This document shows, piece by piece, positions 1 through 11,446 of a DNA stretch of 64,000 nt. The notes beneath the pieces are model-generated. The model was not told where the DNA came from. It did not search any database and was given only the letters and a program-made list of their open reading frames with translations. The first letter of the stretch is position 1, and each line of letters starts with the position of its first letter. A program made the translations under genes and the position numbers. The stretch is from Bacillota bacterium (GTDB taxonomy: Bacteria > Bacillota > Bacilli > Alicyclobacillales > SLC66): the NCBI GenBank assembly GCA_021820975.1, contig JAKADA010000008.1, positions 2,621 to 66,620 of the forward strand, given 5' to 3'.

Positions 1-195
1 CCGTATACGAAGGAATGGGAAGATGTCACGCTCTTGCAAAGTGATATGACGCCAATGGAACAATGGATTCAAGCGATTGCTGGAAAAATGACACCTCGGA
101 TTACCGATCAGGATATGCTGATGCTGACAAACATCAACGTTGCTGCCTATGCATCTGCGTTATCCCGAAAGACAGTGGAATTGTCAAAGAAATGA
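1..195 (+). CDS. 3' end of an upstream CDS (partial; product not assignable)
   Basis: Frame 1 is open from the window edge to TGA at 193-195 (tail ...NINVAAYASALSRKTVELSKK). No start codon lies in the window. Confidence 0.4.
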   Translation, partial: PYTKEWEDVTLLQSDMTPMEQWIQAIAGKMTPRITDQDMLMLTNINVAAYASALSRKTVELSKK

Positions 196-305
196 GAATA
201 TGAATTGATCTTGGGGAGAAGGAATGGTATCATTCAGAATATTATCTCATAATTCTGTATGAAAATACGAGAAAGTGAGTTTTTACAGAGAGAGGAAATG
301 GAGAG

Positions 306-3300
306 ATGACGATGAAAGGATTGCCTACGCGACAGGGGTTATACGACCCGCAATTTGAGCATGATGCTTGTGGGATCGGATTTGTTGCTCACATCAAAGG
401 ACAAAAAAGCCATCGGATTTTGCAAGATGCCCTTACGGTTTTACAAAATCTTGATCATCGAGGCGCTCAAGGTAGTGAAGTGAATTCAGGCGATGGTGCA
501 GGGATCTTATTTCAGATCCCTGATACTTTCTTTCAAGAAACCTGTGCCTCTATTATGCCGAATTTGCCTATAGCAGGATCCTATGGTGTAGGGATGGTGT
601 TTTTCCCTCAGGACTCTTTTAAGAGAAATGAATTTATAAAACTGTTTGAACAGACCATTAAGGATGAGGGACAGGTTCTTATTGGATGGCGCGATGTACC
701 GACAGATAATCACATGTTGGGCGATACATCGAAAGCAGTGGAACCTAAAGTATGTCAGGTGTTTATTGCAAAAGGGGATAATGTCCCTGATCAAGATGCA
801 TTTGAACGAAAACTTTATGTGATTCGTAAACGCATGGAAAAAACATTGCGCTTGTCAGGTATGCCGGATGGTCGTTCGTTTTATGTGTGCAGTTTGTCTT
901 CGCGCACTATCGTCTATAAAGGTATGTTAACTACGGAACAATTGAGCGAATATTACACGGATTTGCAAAATGAGAAAGTAACGACAGCCTTAGCCTTGGT
1001 GCACTCCCGGTTTAGTACCAATACATTTCCAAGTTGGGAACGAGCACATCCTTATCGCTACCTGATTCACAATGGCGAGATCAATACCCTGCGGGGCAAT
1101 GTGAACTGGATGCATGCGAGACAATCGATGTTTGCGTCATCCTTGTTTGGCGAGGACATCAAAAAAGTTCTCCCGGTAATCGATCAGGAGGGCAGCGATT
1201 CATCCATGTTTGATAATGTTCTTGAGTTACTTGTCATGGCAGGTAGGAGTCTACCTCATGCTGCGATGATGATGATTCCTGAGCCATGGTCAAATCATGA
1301 GACGATGAGTGCTGCAAAAAAAGCATTCTACGAATACCATAGTTGCTTAATGGAACCTTGGGATGGTCCCGCTGCGATGGTCTATACCAATGGCACACAG
1401 ATAGCAGCTTTGCTTGATCGAAATGGGCTTCGTCCAGCACGGTACTATGTGACGAAAGACGATCGTATTGTACTAGCCTCGGAAGTGGGCGTCCTTGATA
1501 TAGATCCGTCTGATATCGTGCAAAAAGAACGTTTGCGCCCAGGGCGTATGCTGCTGATTGATACGGAACAAGGGCGCATCGTGAGTGATGATGAGATTAA
1601 AGAACAAGTTGCCAATGAACATCCTTATCGTGCATGGCTTGATGAGCACTTAATTAGTTTGCAGAAGTTGCCTGAGCCTCCCCATGTGCATCCTGTGGAT
1701 CATGCCACGATGCGAACGAGGCAACTCGCTTTTGGGTATACGTATGAGGAAATTCAACGCATGCTTAAGCCGATGGCGCAAGACGGCGTGGATCCTCTTG
1801 GATCCATGGGAGTAGATACGCCGCTTTCGGTGTTATCTGATCGTCCACAATTACTCTATAGTTATTTTAAGCAACTTTTTGCTCAAGTGACCAATCCCCC
1901 GATTGACTCCATTCGTGAAGAAATTGTCACAATGACGACAACGGCCTTGGGTCCAGAACGCAATCTACTTGAACCTGATCCAGAAAGCTGTCGACAAATT
2001 GAAGTGAAGACACCAATTTTGACGAATGAAGAGTTTGCTAAACTGCTTCACTTGCAGCATGATGGATGGAAATCAGCTGTATTAAAGACGTTATTTCTTG
2101 TTTCTCAAGGTGAAAAAGGTTTAGAAGATGCACTTGAAGAGATGTTTGTACACGCTGATAAGGCGATAGCGCAAGGCGCTCATGTACTGGTGTTATCAGA
2201 TCGTGGTTTTGATCGGAATCTGGCTCCCATTCCTGCTTTACTTGCGGTTTCGGGATTACACCATCATCTTATTCGTCAAGGGACGCGCACGAAAGTGGCT
2301 CTCGTAATTGAGTCTGGTGAACCACGAGAGGTACACCATTTTGCTCTACTAATCGGGTACGGAGCTAGTGCTATTAATCCTTACTTAGCTCTTGAGACGC
2401 TTGATGATATGATTCGCCAGGGTATCTTGCCCAATATGTTGCACCATGAGGCTGTGGCGCGGTATGTAAAGGCTGCAACCAAAGGGGTTATTAAAGTTTT
2501 ATCCAAAATGGGCATATCCACCATCCAAAGTTATCATGGTGCGCAAATTTTTGAAGCTGTAGGTATCAAAGAGTCCGTTGTAGCTAAGTATTTTACTTGG
2601 ACGCCGACACGTATCGAAGGAATTGATCTTGAAGACATTGCTAAAGACTCTTTAGCACGACACGCATTGGCCTTCTCTACTGATCGGTCCTCCTCGCGGG
2701 AACTACCTTCGGGCGGGAAAATTCAATGGCGCAAGGATGGAGAAGAGCATCTCTATCACCCGGAATCGATTCATTTGTTACAACAGTCATGTCGGCAAGG
2801 AAATTATGACTTATTCAAACAATATTCACGCATGATGAATGATCATACGCGCACAATGAAAAACTTGCGTGGCTTGCTGAACTTTGTGAACGATGGCGAA
2901 CCAGTATCTATTGATGAAGTTGAGTCTGTTGACAGCCTTGTTAAACGATTCAAGACAGGTGCCATGTCGTTTGGATCGATTAGTCAAGAAGCGCATGAAA
3001 GTTTAGCGATCGCCATGAACCGCTTAGGTGGCAAAAGTAACACCGGGGAAGGCGGTGAAGATCCCGCGCGTTTTGTTACGGATGCTAATGGTGATTCACG
3101 GCGGAGTGCGATCAAACAGGTAGCCTCGGGGCGCTTTGGCGTGACAAGTCATTATCTTGTTAATGCCGATGAAATTCAAATCAAGATGGCACAGGGAGCA
3201 AAACCTGGTGAAGGTGGGCAATTGCCTGGCAAGAAAGTGTATCCTTGGGTGGCTGAAGTGCGGCACTCTACGCCTGGTGTGGGATTAATCTCTCCTCCAC

Positions 3301-4904
3301 CGCACCATGATATTTATTCGATTGAAGATTTATCCGAACTTATTCATGATTTAAAAAATGCCAATTCATCTGCCCGTATTAGCGTTAAGCTTGTGTCGGA
3401 AGTCGGTGTCGGCACGATCGCAGCTGGGGTTGCCAAAGGCAAGGCTGACGTTGTGCTTGTAAGTGGCTATGATGGTGGCACGGGAGCGTCTCCTGAGACG
3501 AGTATTCAATATGCTGGATTACCATGGGAACTCGGTCTTGCTGAGACACATCAAACACTTCTCTTAAATAAATTGCGTGATCGTATCGTCGTTGAAACGG
3601 ATGGCAAATTGATGACGGGTCGAGATGTTGCTATTGCCGCTTTACTTGGTGCCGAAGAATTTGGTTTTGCTACAGCGCCTTTGATCACGCTTGGGTGTGT
3701 GATGATGCGTGTATGTCATCTCGACACTTGTCCTGTTGGCATCGCCACGCAAAATCCTCTTTTACGAAAAAACTTTACGGGAAAGCCCGAATATGTCGAG
3801 CATTTCATGCGCTTTGTAGCACAAGAATTACGCGAGATTATGGCACGGTTAGGGCTAAAAACTATGGAGGACATGGTTGGTAGAACAGATTTGCTGACGA
3901 TGTCTGATGAGCTTAAGACAAGTAAGGTGCAAGGAATCGACTTATCGAAGTTGTTATATCAGCCCAAGGCGAAAGACGATGTAGCACGATTTAAACAGAT
4001 CGATCAGAATCACGGTATTGAGCAAACGTTAGACGCAACGTCCCTCGTCGCTGCGGCGAAATCTGCTCTTGAATCGGGTGATAAAGTAACAGCAAGTTTT
4101 CCCATTCGAAATACCAATCGTGTGACAGGCACACATTTGGGGAGTTTGGTGACGAGACGTTACGGTGCTAAGGGGTTACCTGATGATACGATAGAGTTTC
4201 ATTTTGAAGGGTCAGCTGGTCAAAGTTTTGGAGCTTTTCTTCCGAGAGGAATGACGCTTTTTCTGTGCGGTGATGCCAATGATTATGTGGGTAAAGGGCT
4301 ATCGGGAGGACGCATTGCTATTTTTGCACCTTCGGCATCCTCTTTTATTGCGCATGAGAATATCTTAATCGGCAATGTGGCATTGTATGGCGCAACAGCG
4401 GGAGAAGCATTTTTTGCCGGGCAAGCTGGGGAACGATTCGCTGTTCGTAACAGCGGGGCAACAGCTGTTGTTGAGGGTGTGGGAGATCATGGTTGTGAAT
4501 ATATGACAGGTGGGCGCGTTGTCGTACTAGGACGGACAGGGCGCAATTTTGCTGCGGGTATGTCTGGTGGTATTGCTTATGTGTTCGATGAGGATGGTGA
4601 TTTTTCAGCTCGTTGCAATCAAGACATGGTTCTGCTCGAGACGTTCACTGATGAGGAAGAAGCTTCATGGGTCAAAAACATATTGAAAAGTCATGTTCAT
4701 TTTACAAAAAGTGCGAAGGCAAACGATATATTGACAGACTGGCAAGTGACAAAGGCAAAGTTTGTTCGAGTAATTGCTAAAGATTATAAACGCATGTTGT
4801 CTTCTGTGGAAGAGGCAAAAGCTTTCGGCCTTACTGGACAACAAGCTATTATGGCAGCTTTTGAATTAAACAAAAACGACCTTGCACGCGTGGGCGGCAA
4901 TTAA
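306..4904 (+). CDS. gltB: Glutamate synthase large subunit
   Basis: 1532-aa ORF. N-terminal amidotransferase Cys in [11 protein letters not shown], plus the FMN/Fe-S central domain and C-terminal GXGXG region typical of GltB. An alternative ATG at 312 has better RBS spacing. Confidence 0.97.
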   Translation: MTMKGLPTRQGLYDPQFEHDACGIGFVAHIKGQKSHRILQDALTVLQNLDHRGAQGSEVNSGDGAGILFQIPDTFFQETCASIMPNLPIAGSYGVGMVFFPQDSFKRNEFIKLFEQTIKDEGQVLIGWRDVPTDNHMLGDTSKAVEPKVCQVFIAKGDNVPDQDAFERKLYVIRKRMEKTLRLSGMPDGRSFYVCSLSSRTIVYKGMLTTEQLSEYYTDLQNEKVTTALALVHSRFSTNTFPSWERAHPYRYLIHNGEINTLRGNVNWMHARQSMFASSLFGEDIKKVLPVIDQEGSDSSMFDNVLELLVMAGRSLPHAAMMMIPEPWSNHETMSAAKKAFYEYHSCLMEPWDGPAAMVYTNGTQIAALLDRNGLRPARYYVTKDDRIVLASEVGVLDIDPSDIVQKERLRPGRMLLIDTEQGRIVSDDEIKEQVANEHPYRAWLDEHLISLQKLPEPPHVHPVDHATMRTRQLAFGYTYEEIQRMLKPMAQDGVDPLGSMGVDTPLSVLSDRPQLLYSYFKQLFAQVTNPPIDSIREEIVTMTTTALGPERNLLEPDPESCRQIEVKTPILTNEEFAKLLHLQHDGWKSAVLKTLFLVSQGEKGLEDALEEMFVHADKAIAQGAHVLVLSDRGFDRNLAPIPALLAVSGLHHHLIRQGTRTKVALVIESGEPREVHHFALLIGYGASAINPYLALETLDDMIRQGILPNMLHHEAVARYVKAATKGVIKVLSKMGISTIQSYHGAQIFEAVGIKESVVAKYFTWTPTRIEGIDLEDIAKDSLARHALAFSTDRSSSRELPSGGKIQWRKDGEEHLYHPESIHLLQQSCRQGNYDLFKQYSRMMNDHTRTMKNLRGLLNFVNDGEPVSIDEVESVDSLVKRFKTGAMSFGSISQEAHESLAIAMNRLGGKSNTGEGGEDPARFVTDANGDSRRSAIKQVASGRFGVTSHYLVNADEIQIKMAQGAKPGEGGQLPGKKVYPWVAEVRHSTPGVGLISPPPHHDIYSIEDLSELIHDLKNANSSARISVKLVSEVGVGTIAAGVAKGKADVVLVSGYDGGTGASPETSIQYAGLPWELGLAETHQTLLLNKLRDRIVVETDGKLMTGRDVAIAALLGAEEFGFATAPLITLGCVMMRVCHLDTCPVGIATQNPLLRKNFTGKPEYVEHFMRFVAQELREIMARLGLKTMEDMVGRTDLLTMSDELKTSKVQGIDLSKLLYQPKAKDDVARFKQIDQNHGIEQTLDATSLVAAAKSALESGDKVTASFPIRNTNRVTGTHLGSLVTRRYGAKGLPDDTIEFHFEGSAGQSFGAFLPRGMTLFLCGDANDYVGKGLSGGRIAIFAPSASSFIAHENILIGNVALYGATAGEAFFAGQAGERFAVRNSGATAVVEGVGDHGCEYMTGGRVVVLGRTGRNFAAGMSGGIAYVFDEDGDFSARCNQDMVLLETFTDEEEASWVKNILKSHVHFTKSAKANDILTDWQVTKAKFVRVIAKDYKRMLSSVEEAKAFGLTGQQAIMAAFELNKNDLARVGGN

Positions 4905-4929
4905 TAGATGTTGAGAGGAGAGGATTACA

Positions 4930-6414
4930 TTGGGTAAGATCACCGGGTTTCTTGAGTACAAACGTGAACTTGCAACTGACCGTTCGCCCACCGAGCGCAT
5001 CAAAGATTGGCAGGAATTTCATGATCACATGGATGAACAAAAACTTCGTTTGCAAGGTGCGCGCTGCATGGATTGTGGGATTCCGTATTGTCATGGCGGT
5101 GTGATGATTGCGGGGATGGCAACAGGGTGCCCTGTAAATAACCTGATTCCAGAATGGAATGACCTCGTGTATCGCGGGCATTTTAAAGATGCTTTAGATC
5201 GTTTGCATAAAACCAATAATTTCCCTGATTTCACAGGGCGAGTATGCCCAGCGCCTTGTGAAGGATCCTGTACGGTCGGGCTCATTGACTCGCCTGTTGC
5301 GATTAAAACGATCGAGTATGAAATTATTGAACGTGGGTTTGCAGAAGGTCATGTGGTGGCACAACCACCTCTCGTTCGTACAGGTAAAAAAGTGGCTGTC
5401 GTCGGTTCTGGTCCATCGGGGTTAGCGTGCGCCGCGCAACTGAACTATGCCGGACACGAAGTGACCGTATTTGAGCGCGCGGATCGCATCGGTGGCTTGT
5501 TAATGTATGGTATTCCCAATATGAAACTTGATAAATCTGTCGTTGAACGACGTGTTCAAATTCTTTCGCAAGAGGGAATTGAATTTGTTGTCAATACCGA
5601 AGTGGGAAAAGATTATCCCATTCAACGATTGCGTGAGAACTTTGATGCGATCGTACTTTGTACGGGTGCAACGAAACCGCGGGACCTTGCAATTGAGGGT
5701 CGAATGTTATCAGGGATCCATTATGCTGTTGAGTTTCTGCATAAAAACACAAAAAGCTTGCTAGACTCTAATCTTGAAGATGGTCAGTTTATTTCAGCAA
5801 AAGGTAAAGATGTGATTGTTATCGGCGGTGGCGATACAGGAACTGACTGTGTAGCTACATCTTTACGACATGGGTGTAAGAGCATTACACAACTAGAAAT
5901 CTTAGATCGATCGCCTGATGTACGGGCAGGGGCAAATCCATGGCCGCAGTTTCCGCGTGTCTATAAGTTGGATTATGGTCAGGAAGAGGCTTTTAGCATT
6001 CAAGGGAAGGAACCTCGTGAGTATGGAATCCTAACAAAACGATTTGTTGGTGATGAGCATGGTGCTGTATCAGGTTTATATACTGTACGTGTGAAGTGGG
6101 AAAAAGACGACAAAGGTCGGATGGTACCTATTGAGTTACCTGGGACTGAAGAGTTTTTTCCGGCACAAGTAATCCTTTTAGCGATGGGATTTTTGGGACC
6201 AGAAACAAGCTTACTTGAACAGTTTGGCGTTGACGTCGATGAGCGTACCAACGCGAAAGCTGAATATGGAAAGTTTATGACGAGTGTCGAAGGTGTTTTT
6301 GCTGCAGGTGACATGCGACGTGGACAAAGTCTTGTCGTGTGGGCCATCAATGAAGGTCGTGCTGCAGCAAGAGAATGTGATCGTTATTTGATGGGGCATA
6401 CACAATTACCGTAA
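4930..6414 (+). CDS. gltD: Glutamate synthase small subunit (NADPH)
   Basis: 494 aa with a TTG start 25 nt after gltB. Cys clusters CMDCGIPYC and CPAPCEGSC, and dinucleotide fold [14 protein letters not shown]. Confidence 0.95.
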   Translation: MGKITGFLEYKRELATDRSPTERIKDWQEFHDHMDEQKLRLQGARCMDCGIPYCHGGVMIAGMATGCPVNNLIPEWNDLVYRGHFKDALDRLHKTNNFPDFTGRVCPAPCEGSCTVGLIDSPVAIKTIEYEIIERGFAEGHVVAQPPLVRTGKKVAVVGSGPSGLACAAQLNYAGHEVTVFERADRIGGLLMYGIPNMKLDKSVVERRVQILSQEGIEFVVNTEVGKDYPIQRLRENFDAIVLCTGATKPRDLAIEGRMLSGIHYAVEFLHKNTKSLLDSNLEDGQFISAKGKDVIVIGGGDTGTDCVATSLRHGCKSITQLEILDRSPDVRAGANPWPQFPRVYKLDYGQEEAFSIQGKEPREYGILTKRFVGDEHGAVSGLYTVRVKWEKDDKGRMVPIELPGTEEFFPAQVILLAMGFLGPETSLLEQFGVDVDERTNAKAEYGKFMTSVEGVFAAGDMRRGQSLVVWAINEGRAAARECDRYLMGHTQLP

Positions 6415-6444
6415 ATGATTTGACTATCTTTTGGCATCGCCAAG

Positions 6445-6482
6445 CAGTATCCCGTATTAAAAAACAGGGATACTGTTTTTTT
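6445..6482 (+). terminator. Rho-independent terminator after gltD
   Basis: CAGTATCCC / GGGATACTG stem followed by a T7 run. Confidence 0.8.
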
Positions 6483-6604
6483 CTGTGGGAAAACATAAGT
6501 ACCCATGGTTCATTTGAACCCCCAAGCTGAATGAATGATTATTCGGTGTTTCAATCTGTTTACTTATCTGTTTCATCGAAAAAATGCTTGAAATTTAAAG
6601 GGAT

Positions 6605-6640
6605 GTAATATCTGTATTACCGCTTGTAATATTATATTAC
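6605..6640. promoter_or_regulatory. Two adjacent operator-like palindromes (GTAATA-N4-TATTAC and GTAATAT-T-ATATTAC)
   Basis: Read directly at 6605-6620 and 6626-6640, about 130 nt upstream of the CoA-transferase start. Confidence 0.4.
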
Positions 6641-6766
6641 CAAGAAAATTATAGTTCAGAGAGCCTATATAACATAGTTAAAAGTGAGCTTTTCACATAT
6701 CGAGAACGTGGGATAATGATATCGAATGAGAAACGGAATGCTTTATTTGTGAGAGGGGATATTTTT

Positions 6767-8281
6767 ATGTACGAAGATAGAATTCGTTATGCAGCGTTAC
6801 GTGACAGAATTATCACAGCCGATGAGGCCGCTACTCTAATTAAAGACGGAATGACGGTTGGTATCAGTGGCTTTACTCGTGCTGGTGATGCTAAGGAAGT
6901 ACCGCTTGCCTTGGCGCAACGTGTCAAACGCACTGGAGAAAAGGTAAAGATTAACTTGTGGACGGGCGCATCCGTGGCTGAAGAAGTTGATCGGGCACTT
7001 ACGGAAGCGGGTTGCTTAGCTAGGCGCTTGCCGTATCAATCAGAGAAATTACTACGTGATGCGATCAATCGTGGTGAAGTAATGTATGTTGACCAACATC
7101 TTAGTTTAACAGTGGAAATGGTTCGTGATGGTCAACTTGGCAAGTTGGATGTTGCCGTTATTGAAGCGGTTGCTATTACAGAGGATGGAAACATCATTCC
7201 ATCAACATCGGTAGGCAATTCGCCAACTTTTGTTAAGATGGCTGATAAGGTGATTGTAGAGTTGAACATCGGACAGCCTGCAGCTTTAGAAGGAATGCAT
7301 GATGTATTTATCCCCGGAGATCGTCCTGACCGGGAACCTATTCCTATTCTCGAAGTTAATGATCGTATCGGAACAACGTATATTTCTGTAGATCCTGATA
7401 AAATTGCTGGTGTCGTTATTACGAATAAGCTTGACCATTTTTCAGCGATTGCTCCAGTCGATGAAGAAACGGAAGCCATTGCAAACCATTTGCTTAACTT
7501 TTTTGAAGATGAAATTTTGGCAGGGCGCATGGATGATAAACTCCGTCCGTTGCAATCTGGTATTGGTTCGGTGGCTAATGCGGTCTTGTCTGGGTTGAAA
7601 AAATCCCGCTTTAAGGGGCTAGAAATGTATTCTGAAGTATTGCAGGACTCAGTTTTTGAATTAATTGATGCAGGTACGCTGCGTTTTGCATCGGGTTGCT
7701 CCATCACATTATCCCCGGCTCGGGCACAAGAAGTACTTGACAGAATTGCGGAGTATAGAGATGCTATCGTTTTGCGTCCGCAAGAAATCTCGAATAGTCC
7801 TGGCTTGGTGCGTCGACTTGGTCTCATTGCCATGAACACAGCTATCGAAGTCGACATTTATGGCAATGTCAATTCAACTCATGTTATGGGAACGCGTATG
7901 ATGAATGGTATTGGTGGGTCTGGGGACTTTGCACGAAATGCGTCGGTAACAATCTTTGTAACTAAGTCAACGGCCAAAGGCGGAGCAATTTCATCTATCG
8001 TGCCCATGGCATCGCATGTGGATCATACTGAGCATGATGTTGATATCATAGTAACTGAACAAGGACTCGCTGATTTGCGCGGTCTTGCACCGCGCGAGCG
8101 CGCACAAGTGATTATTAAAAATTGTGCCCACCCGATGTATCGTGACGCTTTAATGGACTATTATCAAGAGGCTGTCACCTTGGGCGGTCATACACCACAC
8201 GTCTTGGATAAAGCGTTGTCTTGGCATTCACGCTACTTGAAAGAAGGAACCATGCGTTTACCTGTTCATGAACTTTCGTAA
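6767..8281 (+). CDS. Acetyl-CoA hydrolase/transferase family protein (succinyl-CoA:acetate CoA-transferase-like)
   Basis: Family-typical blocks GISGFTRAGDAKEVP and EVDIYGNVNSTHVMGTRMMNGIGGSGDFARNA. Start moved to ATG 6767 (GAGAGGGGA RBS 8 nt upstream); the ORF track starts at 6716. Confidence 0.85.
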   Translation: MYEDRIRYAALRDRIITADEAATLIKDGMTVGISGFTRAGDAKEVPLALAQRVKRTGEKVKINLWTGASVAEEVDRALTEAGCLARRLPYQSEKLLRDAINRGEVMYVDQHLSLTVEMVRDGQLGKLDVAVIEAVAITEDGNIIPSTSVGNSPTFVKMADKVIVELNIGQPAALEGMHDVFIPGDRPDREPIPILEVNDRIGTTYISVDPDKIAGVVITNKLDHFSAIAPVDEETEAIANHLLNFFEDEILAGRMDDKLRPLQSGIGSVANAVLSGLKKSRFKGLEMYSEVLQDSVFELIDAGTLRFASGCSITLSPARAQEVLDRIAEYRDAIVLRPQEISNSPGLVRRLGLIAMNTAIEVDIYGNVNSTHVMGTRMMNGIGGSGDFARNASVTIFVTKSTAKGGAISSIVPMASHVDHTEHDVDIIVTEQGLADLRGLAPRERAQVIIKNCAHPMYRDALMDYYQEAVTLGGHTPHVLDKALSWHSRYLKEGTMRLPVHELS

Positions 8282-8322
8282 GACGTAAAAGAAATAGAAC
8301 GACGACCAGTCATGAATCTGTA

Positions 8323-8365
8323 ACTGGCGTGTTATCACTATAACGTGATAACACGCCAGTTTTTC
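8323..8365 (+). terminator. Rho-independent terminator
   Basis: 16-bp stem ACTGGCGTGTTATCAC / GTGATAACACGCCAGT followed by TTTTT. Confidence 0.85.
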
Positions 8366-8630
8366 GTATAGTATTACACGTTAACTAAGGTAATCCTATC
8401 CACTCAGACTGCCCCCTTTTATCTATCTTAACTAGTCTCTCATAGCCACATGATAATCGTTCAAAGATAGTGATTTTTGAGCTGTTCACTTTTTCACAAC
8501 TACTCCATAATGAAGATGTACCAAGAAACACAACGAAGTGATTATCCGAGAAAAGAGGTGCTGAGGCCGTTTCGTTCGATCGGTTTCAAGCCTTTCGCTC
8601 TTATCTTATTTATTGTAGGAGGCCACTCAA

Positions 8631-9212
8631 GTGGGATACATTAATGCAGTAAAAGCAGAGCTGTCCAAAAGCTGGTGGAACACCGTTGTCGTTGTAGTTT
8701 TCACAATTGCAAGAATTATATATGGCTGGGATTGGTTCACTGCCGGCTGGGAGAAGATGACCAAAGAAGGCTGGCTGACTGATGGCAAGTTTAACAGCGG
8801 TGGACTTATTCAAGGCATGGTCACTAGTATCGAACATTCGCATGGATCTGACCCGCTTCATCTTAATGACTTACTGGTCTTTTTCGCTAATAACATTTTT
8901 CTTCACATGGGCGGTCTCGTCGACTTCCTCGTAGTGTTTTTTGAAATTTTCATCGGGATATTCGTGATCTTTGGTCTAGGATTTATCTGGAGCTTGGTGG
9001 TCGCATTATTCTTAAATCTGCAATATGCGGCGGCTGGTGCAGCTAACAACTTTGGCTATCTGTTGACTGATGTAATCTGGATTAAATTTCCTAAGTATGC
9101 AAACTTGATTGGCATTGATGGCTATCTTCGTTACAGAAAAGGTAAAGCGTTGTTGAATGCAAACAACAATGATTTGGTGAGCCATGGCGGTACAGCATCC
9201 AGAGCATTGTAA
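8631..9212 (+). CDS. DoxX/DoxD-like small membrane protein (tentative)
   Basis: 193 aa with a GTG start after an AGGAGG RBS. About 4 hydrophobic helices. Family call rests on overall resemblance only. Confidence 0.5.
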   Translation: MGYINAVKAELSKSWWNTVVVVVFTIARIIYGWDWFTAGWEKMTKEGWLTDGKFNSGGLIQGMVTSIEHSHGSDPLHLNDLLVFFANNIFLHMGGLVDFLVVFFEIFIGIFVIFGLGFIWSLVVALFLNLQYAAAGAANNFGYLLTDVIWIKFPKYANLIGIDGYLRYRKGKALLNANNNDLVSHGGTASRAL

Positions 9213-9249
9213 AAAGAGTACAGTGACTGATTGTTTCATAGGATTGTCT

Positions 9250-9284
9250 AAGCAGGATGCCTAGAGAATTAAGGCATCCTGCTT
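9250..9284 (+). terminator. Hairpin terminator (weak T-tract)
   Basis: 13-bp stem AAGCAGGATGCCT / AGGCATCCTGCTT. Confidence 0.55.
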
Positions 9285-9485
9285 ACTTATAAAGGATCAG
9301 ATTGCGGTAAATTGCATGGTCTTTGTTAAGATTGGAAGAAATATATATAGTACAAAAGGACTATTTTTTGTGATGCATATGGCCATTGCCGCCCGTTTTC
9401 ATGTAGAGTAGTTTAATAGAAGTACTTATTTATCTCAACGGTTTATATGTGAAAGTACGTTCAAGTACAAAAGGAGGTATCTCGT

Positions 9486-10319
9486 TTGCTGCATATCGTC
9501 GTTTGCATTAAACAGGTTCCTGATAGTCGCGAGATACGTATTGATCCCAAAACTAACACATTGATTCGTCAAGGTGTTCCGGCGATCGTGAATTTTTATG
9601 ATTTGCACGGATTAGAGGAAGCATTACGTATCAAAGATGAATTCGGTGCACGGGTAACCGTGGTTTCCATGGGTCCACCATCAGCAGATAAAGCCTTGAA
9701 GCAATGCGTTGCTATGGGTGCTGACGAAGGGGTATTGATAAGCGATAGGGCATTTGCTGGGGCTGATACGCTAGCTACGTCTTATGTTGTGGCACTTGCT
9801 ATTGATAAAGTCGGCAAAGAGTGGGGCCCTGTCGATATCGTATTTTGCGGCAAACAGACGCTTGACGGAGATACCGGTCAAGTTGGACCTGGTGTCGCCT
9901 GCCGTCTTGATTTTGATCAATTGACCTATGTTGAAAAGGTTGAACATCTGGATGATAGCAAAAAGGAAATTATTGTTCATCGGCATTTGGAAGATGGCGT
10001 GGAGCGCGTTAAGACAAAAATGCCTGTGCTGATTACCGCTTTAGCAGAATTAAATAAGCCGCGCAGAGCTGCTCTTCCTGGCGTATTAAAATCTGTTCGT
10101 TATCAACCTGTTGTATGGACGACGAATGACTTCCCGGATATTGATCGTGCGAAGATCGGTTTAAAAGGATCGCCAACGATCGTCGGTAAGACTTGGGTTC
10201 CGGAACCGAAAAAAGTTGATACGCAGATGCTGACGGCTGATTCCACTGATAAGCTTGCTAACGAATTGCTCGATTCACTTTTTGGTACAGAATTGCCAGC
10301 AAAACTGGGCTGGGCATAG
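9486..10319 (+). CDS. etfB: Electron transfer flavoprotein beta subunit (FixA-type)
   Basis: N-terminus MLHIVVCIKQVPD and overall EtfB pattern. TTG start after an AAGGAGG RBS. Confidence 0.9.
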   Translation: MLHIVVCIKQVPDSREIRIDPKTNTLIRQGVPAIVNFYDLHGLEEALRIKDEFGARVTVVSMGPPSADKALKQCVAMGADEGVLISDRAFAGADTLATSYVVALAIDKVGKEWGPVDIVFCGKQTLDGDTGQVGPGVACRLDFDQLTYVEKVEHLDDSKKEIIVHRHLEDGVERVKTKMPVLITALAELNKPRRAALPGVLKSVRYQPVVWTTNDFPDIDRAKIGLKGSPTIVGKTWVPEPKKVDTQMLTADSTDKLANELLDSLFGTELPAKLGWA

Positions 10320-10330
10320 GAGGACTGAAC

Positions 10331-11446
10331 ATGGCTGAAGAGAGGAAGAAACCGGCTGTTGGCTTACAACCGGAAAACGAAGTCGATTGGTCCGATTATC
10401 GCGGCATTTTAGTCGTCGTTGAACAAAGAGACAGTGTGGCCAAAAAGGTATCGTGGCAACTTCTAGGTGAATCAAAACGGATGGCTGATAAATTACAGGC
10501 CCCTTTAATGGCTCTTGTGATTGGACATCATGTTGAACAACTTGCCCATGAAGCCGTGTACTATGGAGCAGATAAAGTATTTTATTGTGATTCCGAAGAA
10601 TTAAAGGATTACCGTACAAGACCTTATAGCAAACTTTGTTTACATGTCATTCGACAATACAAACCAGAAATTGTTCTCTTTGGGGCCACGTATACGGGCC
10701 GTGACTTAGCTGGAGCTATTGCTACGCATTTGCCAACAGGCTTGACAGCTGACTGCACGCAACTTGACGTTAACGAGGAGCGCTTGCTGATGGCAAGTCG
10801 ACCGGCATTTTCAGAGAAAATGCTTGCGACTATTCTTTGCAAGCAATTCAAACCGCAAATGGCAACAGCTCGATCAGGCGTTTTTCAAGCACTACAACGC
10901 GATGAAACACGTACAGGGGAAATCATTACGGTAGATCCACAGATGCCAGAGAATGAAATTGCAACGCAAGTGCTTGAATTTATCGAGTCTACGCAAGGCG
11001 TCAACTTGGAAGATGCAGAAGTTATCGTTTCTGGTGGCCGCGGTTTAGGCGGACCGGCGGGCTTTAAAGTTCTTCAGGAATTGGCCGATGCTCTCGGTGG
11101 CGTTGTAGGGGCATCACGTCCAGCGTTTGAAGCTGGTTGGATAAGTCATGATCACCAAGTTGGGCAGACTGGCTCCACGGTGCGACCAAAGCTGTATATC
11201 GCATGTGGTATCTCAGGTGCTGTGCAACACACGGTAGGTATGCAACATTCTGATTATATTGTGGCCATTAATAAAGACCCGGAGGCACCAATTTTTAAAA
11301 TTGCTAATTATGGAATTGTTGGTGATCTCTTTGAAGTGGTACCCGCACTTGCAAAAGCGATGAAATCCCGCAAAAAGGGTAATCCACAAGGTGTTGGCGC
11401 CGTTATCGGGGATGCTGTAGCTGCGGCACAATCCGTGCATAATTGA
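10331..11446 (+). CDS. etfA: Electron transfer flavoprotein alpha subunit (FixB-type)
   Basis: 371 aa. C-terminal FAD-binding block PKLYIACGISGAVQHTVGM. Confidence 0.9.
   Translation: MAEERKKPAVGLQPENEVDWSDYRGILVVVEQRDSVAKKVSWQLLGESKRMADKLQAPLMALVIGHHVEQLAHEAVYYGADKVFYCDSEELKDYRTRPYSKLCLHVIRQYKPEIVLFGATYTGRDLAGAIATHLPTGLTADCTQLDVNEERLLMASRPAFSEKMLATILCKQFKPQMATARSGVFQALQRDETRTGEIITVDPQMPENEIATQVLEFIESTQGVNLEDAEVIVSGGRGLGGPAGFKVLQELADALGGVVGASRPAFEAGWISHDHQVGQTGSTVRPKLYIACGISGAVQHTVGMQHSDYIVAINKDPEAPIFKIANYGIVGDLFEVVPALAKAMKSRKKGNPQGVGAVIGDAVAAAQSVHN

Noticed and set aside
235-265. CAGAAT-N11-ATTCTG inverted repeat and a TGTATGAAAATACGA string upstream of gltB, considered as a TnrA/GlnR box.
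   Set aside because: It does not fit TGTNAN7TNACA, and the 6-bp arms are too short to be significant on their own.
507-4904. Short antisense or alternate-frame ORFs inside gltB (507-794, 1234-1440, 3695-3883, 4849-5181). The same kind of ORF occurs inside most long genes of the track, e.g. 7132-7857, 11213-11611, 34312-34803 and 42525-42971.
   Set aside because: They are fully embedded in long ORFs with strong family motifs. They have no RBS and their composition mirrors the opposite strand, so they are shadow ORFs.
8366-8630. The 265-nt untranslated region before the DoxX-like gene, considered as a riboswitch.
   Set aside because: Only weak local complementarities were seen and no recognisable conserved core, so the evidence is insufficient to report.
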